Shown here one piece after another: positions 1 to 9,276 of a DNA stretch of 64,000 nt (the first letter of the stretch is position 1; every line of letters begins with the position of its first letter). A model generated the notes under the pieces. That model was not told where the DNA came from. It worked only from the letters and a program-made list of their open reading frames with translations, and did no database searches. Location of the stretch: the IMG/VR virus record IMGVR_UViG_3300031992_000010; one strand, given 5' to 3'. The position numbers and the translations under genes were made by a program. This DNA comes from a virus (taxonomy: Duplodnaviria; Heunggongvirae; Uroviricota; Caudoviricetes).

Positions 1-545
1 CTGCCAATACAATTACATTTGGTCCCATTCCATAGTTTTTCATACGACCAACGGTTTGGATTGAATTTGAGTGGGTACACAAGTTTTGCGGCCGCCGGGT
101 TAAACATAAATCCGTTTGTCCACGTATGTTTGTGGGGTGAAACATAGGGGGCGGCAACAACCGGTTCGTTTGTATCACAGACATTGAGGTACCAATCCTT
201 ATGGTTTATGAACTCGGATTTCCACATTTTTCTGACGGTTTTTTGCCAATCAAGTATTGAAACACCTTCGGGTGGGTAACATTCCGGACCTATATACTTG
301 ATTTCGTCCGATTTGGATAATGCCGGGTTACTGTTACCCGCCCCTTTGGTGTGTATGTATAGAACCGGTTCATTTATCCTCACCGATTCCTCAAGGGCAT
401 ATTTTATCGCCGGATATTCATACCGGGAGCCATTATGTACCACCGGGATAATGAAATAATCCTCCTGAAATGACTGTATCAATTCATCCCCTATTTCCAC
501 CCCCCGGGGTGTATCAAGAATACCTATTACACACGTTGGTCTCAT
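1..545 (-). CDS. partial CDS (N-terminal ~181 aa; C-terminus beyond window edge), hypothetical protein of the glycosylation module
   Basis: minus-strand frame open from ATG at 545..543 to position 1 with no stop (translates MRPTCVIGILDTPRG...); ATGA start/stop overlap with the gene at 542..1147; absent from the ORF track because no stop lies inside the window. Confidence 0.5.
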   Translation of the reverse strand, partial: MRPTCVIGILDTPRGVEIGDELIQSFQEDYFIIPVVHNGSRYEYPAIKYALEESVRINEPVLYIHTKGAGNSNPALSKSDEIKYIGPECYPPEGVSILDWQKTVRKMWKSEFINHKDWYLNVCDTNEPVVAAPYVSPHKHTWTNGFMFNPAAAKLVYPLKFNPNRWSYEKLWNGTKCNCIG

Positions 546-1147
546 TTTAAGGATTTGAGTATTTTACTATGTTCCCAAATATATTTTGCCAATGGCACCC
601 CATTCGTTAAAATATCATTTGGGAGTTTTATATATTCCCTGTTTTTGGTATTTATAAATAATATCTGTTCCTTTTGTGCAACAATTATTTTATATTTATT
701 TTTGGATTTGAGAACATCACATATTTGCCTCCGGGTATAGTAATTTTCTCCGGGTTGAACCGATCCGAGTATAAAAATTGGTTCCAAATCACCCATACGT
801 AATAATCTCTCATTATATTTGTTTAATATATATGTTTTAATATTTTTACTTTTAATATTGTGGTCAACATTATTTTCCTCAAAATTTATGGTATTATCGA
901 AAATATAATGAGGATAAAATATTACCACTTTATTGTCTATAATAATATTGAATTTATCCGGATGTGATTTGTTGGGTTCGAGCCGATAATTATTGAAATT
1001 TATTATTTCATAATTGTCAATAAGATATTTTATACTATTATAATCAACAATACAATATGCAAAAGGATTGCATATTTGTTGATTTAGTTTATTTTTATCA
1101 ACCATTATAAAACTTGCCGCACAACTATTACCTATTAAATTATGCAT
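542..1147 (-). CDS. hypothetical protein (201 aa), glycosylation-module member
   Basis: ORF track; translationally coupled to flanking minus-strand genes. Confidence 0.5.
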   Translation of the reverse strand: MHNLIGNSCAASFIMVDKNKLNQQICNPFAYCIVDYNSIKYLIDNYEIINFNNYRLEPNKSHPDKFNIIIDNKVVIFYPHYIFDNTINFEENNVDHNIKSKNIKTYILNKYNERLLRMGDLEPIFILGSVQPGENYYTRRQICDVLKSKNKYKIIVAQKEQILFINTKNREYIKLPNDILTNGVPLAKYIWEHSKILKSLK

Positions 1148-1157
1148 ATGAAATAAT

Positions 1158-1883
1158 TTAATTAAAATTAAAATTTTTATTAATTAATTCATCGATACAA
1201 AAATTATGTTTTTCACATCCATTCGCCTCATTTTGCAAACATAAACCCAAATTAAATACCTCCGGTGTTTGATCCACCACAAATTTATTTGGGTGCGGTA
1301 CATACCGGATAATTATATGATTTTTTAATTCCTTATAAAATAAAAATATATCATCGGTTGTAATATATTTTTTTATGGTTTCGATATCCCCATCACCAAT
1401 ATTTAATATATTTGGGGGATATAAAACACCACCAACACCGGTCGGCATTAATAATCCGGATGGATTATTTGTTTTATAATCACGAATCCAATCCTGATAA
1501 TGTTTCATTTTTTTATTTGAAAATGTTGGTTTATGTACCCGGTATGCGGATATATAATTTGGAAATTCAATATATGATTTCCATAATAATTCAACAAAAT
1601 CCCCCGGGTACCTACAATCATCATCAATTGTAATTATAGGTACATCCGGATACCTTTGCATTGCATAAAAATATTTTAGGTGGGACCTCAAATTATTATC
1701 GGCAACGATCACCTCACATTTATTATATAAATCATTTGGAATATTTACCTCATCATCCCGATATATGGTTAATACAATTTTTTTCGGCGTATACCTACCA
1801 CCCAAAATACAATCGATTGTTTTATAAACATGTTTTAATCTTTCGTGGTGGGATGTTAAAGAAACAATACAATTTACTTCCAT
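1158..1883 (-). CDS. putative glycosyltransferase (DxD-type, ITIDDDCRY motif)
   Basis: ORF track 241 aa; DXD-like IDDD motif typical of nucleotide-sugar transferases; 10-nt overlap with the gene at 1874..3238. Confidence 0.5.
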   Translation of the reverse strand: MEVNCIVSLTSHHERLKHVYKTIDCILGGRYTPKKIVLTIYRDDEVNIPNDLYNKCEVIVADNNLRSHLKYFYAMQRYPDVPIITIDDDCRYPGDFVELLWKSYIEFPNYISAYRVHKPTFSNKKMKHYQDWIRDYKTNNPSGLLMPTGVGGVLYPPNILNIGDGDIETIKKYITTDDIFLFYKELKNHIIIRYVPHPNKFVVDQTPEVFNLGLCLQNEANGCEKHNFCIDELINKNFNFN

Positions 1884-3238
1884 AAATTAATATATTTTGT
1901 TAACCAATCATTAATACCGATTTTCCCCCAACTTCCGGCACCAAAATGAACAATATAATTATTATTTATTATTTTCGACATATTGGATTTTGCGGCAATT
2001 AAAAAATACCCACCGGTATCATATCGTTCACCTTTATCCGATACGTTTAATCCGTGCATATAATTTTCATTAAAATAATGAATCCCATTCTTTTTACATA
2101 AAGGTGTATTTATATAACAAATAAATGGTGATATTCTATCGGTACCCAAACGTTGATGGTGAATAATGTCGGCAACACAATATTTTGTCGGATTAATTAA
2201 TCCGGAAATATCCTTTTTAAGTAAAATATCGGAATCAAGTAATATAAATTCATTTTTAAATATATCCATAAATTTTTCCACAGTCCAACAATGTTTTGCG
2301 GAACCACATTTATTTATTTTAAAACCATATGAATTTATGTGATTTGGATAATTTTTCAACCATTTATCAAAATCAATGATTTGTCCTTTGGTATTATCAA
2401 TATAGTGGATTAAAGGAAATTTTTCATATGGGAATGGCCTTGTGGTACTATTATCAAATATATATACATCCGAATTGGGTGTAAATTTGCATATCGACAT
2501 ATATAGTGCGGTCGTAAGTTCCGGGGTATTAAAATGCACTATGACAAGATTCACCCTTTTTTTATTTCCTTGTCCAATATGTTGGGGATTAATCTCAAAA
2601 TATTCGGAATCCCTCACGATCATTTTTGGAAGGCTGTGAACCCGATAACCGGTTTTCCATATACAATAATTAAACGATAATTGGTCCCGGTGTGAACCGT
2701 TTTTAATCTCATTCCACCACATATCATCCAATTCACAAACCCAATCGACATTATGACGAACCAATAGATTGGTTTCGTTCAGGCCGAAATGTACAGGAAA
2801 CCCCTCATTTTTATAACGTTTTATTTGGGCCTCCGATTCAACACCGTTATCCTTTTTCATCCTCACACACACAACACGTTCGTCATATATACAATTGCGT
2901 TGAGGATGTTGTGGAACCGAAAAGTCCTTATTTTTACATATTTCGTTCACCAACTTCCACATACCCACCTTAATATGAATATTGCCGTCGACATATACCG
3001 ACCATTCGTGGTCGGGTAGAAACCGGTGTGGTTGGGTTTTAATACATCGCTGGCGTTTAACCGGCGAAAGGTCCTTGAGTTCCTCCGGTATTGGGTGGAT
3101 TTCCCAAATATTATTTATTATGTTTTGATCGGTAAAACAAATATACCGCCATCCTTTTGAAATTGTTTTAGGTATTTTTAAGGTATCATACGGTCCACTA
3201 ATTATAGTGTAACATATATTATCCATATTTGAAATCAA
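1874..3238 (-). CDS. putative two-domain glycosyltransferase (N-terminal DUF616/TOD1-like region YTIISGPYD...ICFTDQ)
   Basis: ORF track 454 aa; N-terminal signature resembles the DUF616 glycosyltransferase-like family; first gene of the minus-strand operon. Confidence 0.45.
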   Translation of the reverse strand: MISNMDNICYTIISGPYDTLKIPKTISKGWRYICFTDQNIINNIWEIHPIPEELKDLSPVKRQRCIKTQPHRFLPDHEWSVYVDGNIHIKVGMWKLVNEICKNKDFSVPQHPQRNCIYDERVVCVRMKKDNGVESEAQIKRYKNEGFPVHFGLNETNLLVRHNVDWVCELDDMWWNEIKNGSHRDQLSFNYCIWKTGYRVHSLPKMIVRDSEYFEINPQHIGQGNKKRVNLVIVHFNTPELTTALYMSICKFTPNSDVYIFDNSTTRPFPYEKFPLIHYIDNTKGQIIDFDKWLKNYPNHINSYGFKINKCGSAKHCWTVEKFMDIFKNEFILLDSDILLKKDISGLINPTKYCVADIIHHQRLGTDRISPFICYINTPLCKKNGIHYFNENYMHGLNVSDKGERYDTGGYFLIAAKSNMSKIINNNYIVHFGAGSWGKIGINDWLTKYINLWK

Positions 3239-3282
3239 GTATTTTTCAAATAATAAAATTCAGGACAGACTTATTAAATAAA

Positions 3283-3321
3283 TTCCGGAGATTTTATATA
3301 TTAATGTATAAATTAACGGAT
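3283..3321 (+). promoter_or_regulatory. conserved phage promoter-like motif (TTTATATATTAATGTATAAATTAACGGATATG)
   Basis: matches the TATATATTAATATGTAA...AGGATATG consensus repeated at least 17 times in the window. Confidence 0.5.
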
Positions 3322-3585
3322 ATGAAAAAATATTTTTATAGATTTAAGGTAATCGCCGGTGATTCAATCACCAAATATGACGGTGATTTACTTAACGAGG
3401 CCCAAATGAAACAAATGGAGGGTATCCTGTCGGAACAGGTTATGGAATCCCGTATCCGGGAAAGATTTTCAAAGGTGTATCCCGGTATGAATATCGAGGT
3501 GGAATTAAATTGGTATTCCTGTCTAAATACATACGGTCATTCGGAACGATTGATAAAACATTCTAAAATTAATATAAAATTGTAA
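3322..3585 (+). CDS. hypothetical protein (87 aa; the ORF track starts earlier at 3229)
   Basis: start chosen at the ATG preceded by the conserved GGATATG initiation context and promoter motif. Confidence 0.45.
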   Translation: MKKYFYRFKVIAGDSITKYDGDLLNEAQMKQMEGILSEQVMESRIRERFSKVYPGMNIEVELNWYSCLNTYGHSERLIKHSKINIKL

Positions 3586-3586
3586 T

Positions 3587-3778
3587 ATGGAAAGTATACA
3601 TTTTCTCCCGTGGGCGTGGTTTACAACCATTATCCTCATTTTATTGAAGGCATTCGACCTTATCAACCTGGGTTGGATTTGGGTTTTTGCACCCGTATGG
3701 GCTACCGTGGCCCTTGTGTTGGTATTATTCGTGTTTGCATTCATTATACGCCTAATATTTGCCATATTAACCGACTAA
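3587..3778 (+). CDS. small double-TM membrane protein (paralogue of 51050..51274)
   Basis: GWIWVFAPVWATVALVL versus GWSWWWVLAPIWAPVALVL in the 51050 gene. Confidence 0.45.
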   Translation: MESIHFLPWAWFTTIILILLKAFDLINLGWIWVFAPVWATVALVLVLFVFAFIIRLIFAILTD

Positions 3779-3862
3779 TTTCGTCCACAAAAATCGCGGT
3801 TTTATCGATATTTGAAAAAAATTCCCCGATTTTTGGATATGGTATAATAAAAATTAAATGTT

Positions 3863-4312
3863 ATGAAAAGGTTTATTTTAACGATTGCGATATTTTTGAT
3901 GTCCTTATTTGGATTCTCGCAAAGTATGGTACTTGTAGGTACGTCATTAGGTTTTAACCGGTCGATTATTTGTTCGACATATTCACAGGAACGTTGGTGT
4001 CATTATTGCGAATGGAATGGATGGAGTCATTACCACTATTACGACTACGTATATCCAACACGTGTTGCGACCACGATTCGTGTTTACCATTCGGCACCTG
4101 CCCACCACCCGGCACATCATCATCATTACGTACCTCCGAAACCGAAACCGACACCACAACATACGGGCACGCACAACGTGGCGCCACGTCCAAAATCAAG
4201 TTCGACGGTACGACAATCGGCACCACAACACAAGCCGTCAAGTTCGTCAAGTGTCCGGTCGTCAAGCACCCGTACATCCACACCACGTTCAACCACAAAT
4301 ACGAGGAGGTAA
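3863..4312 (+). CDS. secreted protein with Sec signal peptide and His-rich / Ser-Thr-rich low-complexity C-terminus
   Basis: N-terminal MKRFILTIAIFLMSLFGFSQS; HHPAHHHHY and SSSSSVRSSSTRTST tracts. Confidence 0.45.
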   Translation: MKRFILTIAIFLMSLFGFSQSMVLVGTSLGFNRSIICSTYSQERWCHYCEWNGWSHYHYYDYVYPTRVATTIRVYHSAPAHHPAHHHHYVPPKPKPTPQHTGTHNVAPRPKSSSTVRQSAPQHKPSSSSSVRSSSTRTSTPRSTTNTRR

Positions 4313-4315
4313 ATT

Positions 4316-4501
4316 ATGATAAAAAAATATTATGAAATTTCGTGTGATCATTGCGAATGTGCCATTAGCCACGTGGCCGAACATCCTTCCAGGAGGACAT
4401 TACAGGAATTGGGGGTGATCGTATATAGGGGCAGGCATTTTTGTTCCGAACAATGTAAAGGGGCCTACCGATGGACGATGGGTGAAATAAATATTGGATA
4501 A
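4316..4501 (+). CDS. small zinc-ribbon protein (CDHCEC...CSEQC)
   Basis: ORF track; paired CxxC motifs. Confidence 0.4.
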   Translation: MIKKYYEISCDHCECAISHVAEHPSRRTLQELGVIVYRGRHFCSEQCKGAYRWTMGEINIG

Positions 4502-4506
4502 AAGTA

Positions 4507-4537
4507 GGACCGGGATTAAATTTTCCGGTCCTTTTTT
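4507..4537 (+). terminator. intrinsic terminator hairpin GGACCGGGA-TTAAATTTT-CCGGTCC plus T6
   Basis: perfect 7-bp GC-rich stem and U-tract directly after the stop of 4316..4501. Confidence 0.6.
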
Positions 4538-4570
4538 ATATATTAATATGTAAGTTAAATTAAAAGACAA
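4532..4570 (+). promoter_or_regulatory. conserved promoter-like motif TTTTTTATATATTAATATGTAAGTTAAATTAAAAG
   Basis: repeated motif; its upstream TTAAATTT element lies in the terminator loop. Confidence 0.5.
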
Positions 4571-4601
4571 AGTTATTATTAACAATTAAAATTAAACAGT
4601 T

Positions 4602-4850
4602 ATGAGTCCAGTAGTTCCACATTCGACATATACTCATCACAGTCATCATCAAGACAATTATAAACAAGTTTCGTTCACCTGTGATTCTTGTCATTCAAAA
4701 TGTTATGTAAGCATAAAAGATGATGACAATATTCCAAATGTGTGCAATTATTGTCAGATGACAACCTGTGAAAAAGCTGTATATGGCGGATTTGGAATAT
4801 TTGTTTTTATAATAATCGGAATTCTGATTGTAAAATGGTGCAGAGCATAA
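4602..4850 (+). CDS. Cys-rich small protein with C-terminal TM helix
   Basis: ORF track. Confidence 0.4.
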   Translation: MSPVVPHSTYTHHSHHQDNYKQVSFTCDSCHSKCYVSIKDDDNIPNVCNYCQMTTCEKAVYGGFGIFVFIIIGILIVKWCRA

Positions 4851-4857
4851 GAAAATC

Positions 4858-4920
4858 GGACCCGGGATTAAATTTTCCGGTCCTTTTTTATATATTAATA
4901 TGTAAGTTGAATTAAAAGGA
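4858..4920 (+). promoter_or_regulatory. second copy of the terminator hairpin plus promoter cassette (near-identical to 4507..4570)
   Basis: about 60-bp near-perfect repeat of the upstream cassette. Confidence 0.55.
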
Positions 4921-4927
4921 TAAGGAT

Positions 4928-5200
4928 ATGGCAAAGGTAACATTTGATAATTGCGTAGGTCACACGGTGGTAATCATAAGTAACTATGACGGAAGTGAAC
5001 ACCGGAAATCGGTAATCACCGGGGTGGAGCATTGGCACGGAAAATATGCAATCGATGATAAGATATTATTCTACGGTCCGATGAAGGATCCGTTCACCGG
5101 TGAATCATATATCGGTCAGGTTTTTGCCGGTGATTATAATAAACTGCACGGTAAATCCGAATGTTGTTATAATTGTGTGACCTGGAAAATTATCGACTAA
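4928..5200 (+). CDS. hypothetical protein (90 aa)
   Basis: ORF track; TAAGGATATGG initiation context. Confidence 0.45.
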   Translation: MAKVTFDNCVGHTVVIISNYDGSEHRKSVITGVEHWHGKYAIDDKILFYGPMKDPFTGESYIGQVFAGDYNKLHGKSECCYNCVTWKIID

Positions 5201-5219
5201 AATATAGGGGGATAAGGAT

Positions 5220-5504
5220 ATGGCAAAGGTATTTTATGTGGCAAGTGAACATCGTGGCAGAACCACGGTTTGGGCCGGAACAATCGATCAGTTGGTTAAC
5301 GTGTTTGGATATACATTGGAATGCGGCCACAGCCGGAATCCAAGGATCAACCGTCATCCAAAAACAATAAAGGCATTAATTTCGGCCTTGGATAAGGCCG
5401 TGGATGCAACGCAGGGCGGTTGTTACGATCGTGATTGTTATTATGAAACAACGAGGGAGAATGCCATTGCAAATGGATGGAATATTCGCGAACAAAATGA
5501 TTAA
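5220..5504 (+). CDS. hypothetical protein (94 aa)
   Basis: ORF track; GGATAAGGATATGG context identical to the preceding gene. Confidence 0.45.
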   Translation: MAKVFYVASEHRGRTTVWAGTIDQLVNVFGYTLECGHSRNPRINRHPKTIKALISALDKAVDATQGGCYDRDCYYETTRENAIANGWNIREQND

Positions 5505-5508
5505 GGAT

Positions 5509-5706
5509 ATGGTAAAGTATGTAATTGAATACGACACGGCAAATTCATTATCGTATACATATACCTGCGATACACATTGTACGGAGAAATTTGATGATTT
5601 GGATAAATTCAGGTGTCGTGCAAAAAGAATCCGGGACGATAAGGGTAAACGTAACATTGAATGTTACAAGATAATTAAGGAGTATATTGATATTAAAGCA
5701 TTTTAG
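5509..5706 (+). CDS. hypothetical protein (65 aa; in-frame internal start of track ORF 5404..5706)
   Basis: TTAAGGATATGG context at 5501..5511. Confidence 0.4.
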   Translation: MVKYVIEYDTANSLSYTYTCDTHCTEKFDDLDKFRCRAKRIRDDKGKRNIECYKIIKEYIDIKAF

Positions 5707-5708
5707 AT

Positions 5709-5906
5709 ATGAATGTATACGAATTGAGATATGCCATTCCGGCCGACCCCGAAATGTGCAGGAAATTGTTTGTGGATGATGGGAGTATCGAATATAAGGA
5801 GTTTATGAAACAAGTCAATTTATATTTGATGAATCCATTAATAGCAACAAACTACCATTCGTATAAGGTAATTAAGGATGGAATAAAAATGTTTTCAAAA
5901 AAATAA
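5709..5906 (+). CDS. hypothetical protein (65 aa)
   Basis: ORF track. Confidence 0.4.
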   Translation: MNVYELRYAIPADPEMCRKLFVDDGSIEYKEFMKQVNLYLMNPLIATNYHSYKVIKDGIKMFSKK

Positions 5907-5910
5907 AAAT

Positions 5911-6309
5911 ATGGAAAAATATAACAGTCACGAGGACTACGTAAGTTACGAAATAGGTGAACTCCTACAAATAAGTGGTTTTGAAGGAGATTGGCATAAA
6001 CATTGGTATGGCTATCAGGGTAAGGAACGTGCATTCCTCACCAGCGGACTATATAATTACGAATATGACGTCCCGGCACCGACATTGCAGGTTGCGGTAA
6101 AATGGGTATATGAAACATATAAGGTCCACATCCAGCCGGAGATATATTATTGTGAGGATGGAATGTCGTGGCTTGTGAAGATTTTCAAGGTGGGACCATA
6201 TAATACCACATTAATAAAAACAATCCTTCCAAATAATACAAAACAGGAGGCGATCGAAAAGGCATTGAATTATGTATTGGTAAAGATTAAAATAGAAGGT
6301 GAATTATGA
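5911..6309 (+). CDS. paralogue family A protein (EDYVSxExxxLL...APTLQVAxKW motif)
   Basis: shares motif with 13357, 13777 and 21216. Confidence 0.45.
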   Translation: MEKYNSHEDYVSYEIGELLQISGFEGDWHKHWYGYQGKERAFLTSGLYNYEYDVPAPTLQVAVKWVYETYKVHIQPEIYYCEDGMSWLVKIFKVGPYNTTLIKTILPNNTKQEAIEKALNYVLVKIKIEGEL

Positions 6310-6776
6310 TGCTATATAGTACGGGCAGCAAATGTGCGAAAATATTTGAGGATTATGCCTCGAAACGGAAGGCCTTCAATAAAAAACTAATGGGGCAAGG
6401 TGTAAAGGCATTCCGGCCTAACGATGGGTGGGTAAAACGTGGAAGGTCGTGTGTAATATTTTTCAATACCCGTATTTATGGAAAGGATCCTCGCAGTACC
6501 TCGTATTACCATCCAAATACACCGTTGCAGGCCGGTGACCTGATATTTATAGGTGATTATTCGTGTGGCGGCCGATATGCAAGGATCGAAAAGGTTTGGA
6601 TGAGGAGTGATTCATTTGCATACGAATATTCACCTCTATACGACTACGTGGATGGCCTCGATTATAAATACATAACGAGGAAAAACTATCCCCGCAAGGA
6701 TACACCTCTGTGGGAACGTATTAAATATCGGTTGGGATTATATGAACCGGAGTTTATGACGGATATTTATGAATAA
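6306..6776 (+). CDS. hypothetical protein (156 aa)
   Basis: ORF track; ATGA overlap with upstream gene. Confidence 0.45.
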   Translation: MMLYSTGSKCAKIFEDYASKRKAFNKKLMGQGVKAFRPNDGWVKRGRSCVIFFNTRIYGKDPRSTSYYHPNTPLQAGDLIFIGDYSCGGRYARIEKVWMRSDSFAYEYSPLYDYVDGLDYKYITRKNYPRKDTPLWERIKYRLGLYEPEFMTDIYE

Positions 6777-6789
6777 ATTTTTATAATAT

Positions 6790-7038
6790 ATGGGAAGGAA
6801 TAAACCGAGAACGGCCGTGGGCAGGGTTGTCAATCAAAAACTTGCCGAAAACGGTACCGAATGTGAATGGTGGGATGGTGGATATCCGGAATGTATGTTG
6901 AATTGGGCACATAAAGGGGACAAAGGTTGTAACGGCAATCCATTTGTATGTAGAAAACTTTATTACCAACATCTTGCATCATTAAGTGACGCGGAAAAGG
7001 CAAAAATAGGAGAATTATTTTTACATAAATTTGATTAA
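6790..7038 (+). CDS. hypothetical Cys-containing protein (82 aa)
   Basis: ORF track. Confidence 0.4.
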   Translation: MGRNKPRTAVGRVVNQKLAENGTECEWWDGGYPECMLNWAHKGDKGCNGNPFVCRKLYYQHLASLSDAEKAKIGELFLHKFD

Positions 7039-7044
7039 ACTATT

Positions 7045-7335
7045 ATGAAAGCATTTGATAAATATTATTTAAAAACCGCATTTCGGGGAAATATTGCATT
7101 TAGTAGTAGGGTACAAAGCATATTACAATGGTTCGGCATTGCCGTGCATAATCCCTGGAGGGACGAGTGTTGTGTGGACTTCGCCTGTTGTTCGCCAACC
7201 GGCAAGGAGCGTTGCTGGCTATCAATTCCGGCAAATAAACTACCATATCGCAGGGTTGTATGGTACGAACCTACGGCACCAATTGGGACACCGGGTAGGA
7301 CATTTAAAAAGTGTACAAAATTAGTAAGACAATAA
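7045..7335 (+). CDS. hypothetical Cys-rich protein (96 aa)
   Basis: ORF track. Confidence 0.4.
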   Translation: MKAFDKYYLKTAFRGNIAFSSRVQSILQWFGIAVHNPWRDECCVDFACCSPTGKERCWLSIPANKLPYRRVVWYEPTAPIGTPGRTFKKCTKLVRQ

Positions 7336-7339
7336 CAAT

Positions 7340-7618
7340 ATGAAACCAACAATTGACGACATCAAACGTGCGGAGGCACAATTAAAACCGTGCCCATTTT
7401 GTGGGGCAAAACCAACAATAGTATTATGTGACGATGAGGGAAACATCCACGGGTTCGAATATCTCGAGGACCCATATTCAGGCATTGGATTTATGATATC
7501 ACATCCTAAAAGTCCGAACAGTGACTGCCCGTTGGCAAGTTATTGGGAGGAGACGTTATTCCCTAACATATATGACGATCCCGAACAATTGGCCCGAATT
7601 TGGAACCGTCGACATTAA
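7340..7618 (+). CDS. putative Lar-family restriction alleviation protein
   Basis: N-terminal LKPCPFCGAKPTIV motif as in Lar-like restriction-alleviation proteins; size of 92 aa fits. Confidence 0.4.
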   Translation: MKPTIDDIKRAEAQLKPCPFCGAKPTIVLCDDEGNIHGFEYLEDPYSGIGFMISHPKSPNSDCPLASYWEETLFPNIYDDPEQLARIWNRRH

Positions 7619-7664
7619 ATTTTCCCGGAATCCTTTATATATTAATATATAAAAAATAAAGGAT

Positions 7665-8027
7665 ATGGATACAAGAAATTTTACAACGAAGGAACAAAGT
7701 GAAAGATTGATCGCCTGTGGTATTAACATTGAAACGGCTGATTATACAATCTCCGGAAAAACGATTGTTGACCACGAACAGGGAAATCCCCGTGATAAAA
7801 ATGAAATTCCCTGTTGGTCGATGAATGCATTAATGGATATCGTACCGGAATCGATTATTGAAGGCACCAACCGCATTGAATATCCACTCCACATGACTAA
7901 AAGTGACGGAATGTGGACCGTTGGGTATTTTTCAGGTAATATGAAATTCTCCTCAATCGATCCGATCGATTGTTTGGTTAATATCATCGAAAGATTCAAG
8001 ATTGAAGGGCGTGAGGTAAACGATTAA
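7665..8027 (+). CDS. paralogue family B protein (IPCWSxxAL motif)
   Basis: shared motifs with 24761 and 25808. Confidence 0.45.
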   Translation: MDTRNFTTKEQSERLIACGINIETADYTISGKTIVDHEQGNPRDKNEIPCWSMNALMDIVPESIIEGTNRIEYPLHMTKSDGMWTVGYFSGNMKFSSIDPIDCLVNIIERFKIEGREVND

Positions 8028-8059
8028 TTGTGTGTAGGTAAAAATAGGAGGATAAAACT

Positions 8060-8194
8060 ATGTATAATAAGATTAAGCGTGCAATTTTAAGATTTATACT
8101 TGGCAATAAGTTTTTGGATAAAACTATTGGGCGGACAAAACTATTTATAAAAATATGTGAAAAAGAAGCACATAAAATTATATGGGAATTGTAA
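8060..8194 (+). CDS. small hypothetical protein (44 aa), not in ORF track
   Basis: strong RBS AGGAGGATAAAACTATG; MYNKIKRAILRFILGNKFLDK... Confidence 0.35.
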   Translation: MYNKIKRAILRFILGNKFLDKTIGRTKLFIKICEKEAHKIIWEL

Positions 8195-8231
8195 CTAACG
8201 TAAGTCAATTTAATTTAATCCAAATAAAACT

Positions 8232-8426
8232 ATGAAGGCAAAGGAACTCGCGGAGAAATTATTAGAATATCCCGATTTTGACGTGGAATTTACGGCGTGG
8301 GAAAAAATCGCAAACAATGAAAGTGAAGGAGGATCGTTTCCATACATAATTAAATTCAATAATGTCGAAGTGGGAGATGTGGGGCATTCCGATAAGGTAA
8401 TCCTTCTTACCGGGGAAAGTGATTAA
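8232..8426 (+). CDS. hypothetical protein (64 aa)
   Basis: ORF track. Confidence 0.4.
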   Translation: MKAKELAEKLLEYPDFDVEFTAWEKIANNESEGGSFPYIIKFNNVEVGDVGHSDKVILLTGESD

Positions 8427-8637
8427 AATGAATAAGACTATGAGAACAAATTATAACAAAATGCCAAAGGCTGTTCATAGAGACAACAAACACTATGTCA
8501 ACCAAGGACATAAGTGGAATGACACCATCGGCATAGAGGAATCTGCAAACGATTTTGAATACGGCCGTCCCTGTGAAACGGAGCCCACTTCATTCGAAGA
8601 CTATATTAGCAGAGTTCCGTATTTACGAAAAATTTAA
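8419..8637 (+). CDS. hypothetical protein (72 aa)
   Basis: ORF track. Confidence 0.4.
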   Translation: MIKMNKTMRTNYNKMPKAVHRDNKHYVNQGHKWNDTIGIEESANDFEYGRPCETEPTSFEDYISRVPYLRKI

Positions 8638-8656
8638 AATAAAACGAAAGATAACA

Positions 8657-9076
8657 ATGAAAAAGATACGCACAATATTTAAGCTTATTAATAATTTTGT
8701 ATTAAGAAAACGAGAATTTTCACTATCATTCACGAAAGAAGATAGTAAATGGTACGTGTGTTTTTCAGACTGGGGATTCAAGAAGTCCCAGCTGGAGATG
8801 GTGAGTGGTGCAAACGTCATGCTTGACAAAATGGCAGGTGATGAATTAGAAGTGCACTTGACTGTCAAGATCCCAAAAGATAAAAGTCAGCATTTTGATG
8901 ATTGCATAGAATGCAATAAAGTCGATCAGCTCGGATTGAAGTATGGTGCAACATACAAGACAAATTACGGTGATGAGTTTTGGATTTGTCCAGTGACATT
9001 GTTTGTACTCGGAAGATATCCTGAAGTCATGTACATTTCGAAAACAAGTAAAGATTATTTATATGAAAAAAATTGA
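8657..9076 (+). CDS. hypothetical protein (139 aa; start trimmed from track ORF 8555)
   Basis: first ATG after the stop of the upstream gene. Confidence 0.4.
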   Translation: MKKIRTIFKLINNFVLRKREFSLSFTKEDSKWYVCFSDWGFKKSQLEMVSGANVMLDKMAGDELEVHLTVKIPKDKSQHFDDCIECNKVDQLGLKYGATYKTNYGDEFWICPVTLFVLGRYPEVMYISKTSKDYLYEKN

Positions 9077-9266
9077 ATTTATACAGAATGACCTTTGTGT
9101 TGAAAGTACACCAACAGGAGACAAGTTATATCTCTTCAATAAGATAGAAGGTGATTCCGCTTACTTCCTTGAGACGAATATCTTTGGCGAATCGAAGCAT
9201 GTCACGTTCCCTGTTGAAGGATTAGAAAACAGAATTAGGACGACAAAATACTTAAAAACTTGGTAA
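9063..9266 (+). CDS. hypothetical protein (67 aa; start trimmed from track ORF 9003)
   Basis: ATG MKKIEFIQ with short overlap. Confidence 0.35.
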   Translation: MKKIEFIQNDLCVESTPTGDKLYLFNKIEGDSAYFLETNIFGESKHVTFPVEGLENRIRTTKYLKTW

Positions 9267-9276
9267 TATATAAACT

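Noticed and set aside
7452-7464. GGGTTCGAATATC (and GGGGTTCGAATAC at about 11615) resembling tRNA T-loops
   Set aside because: Lie inside well-supported coding sequences with no flanking stems; chance matches.
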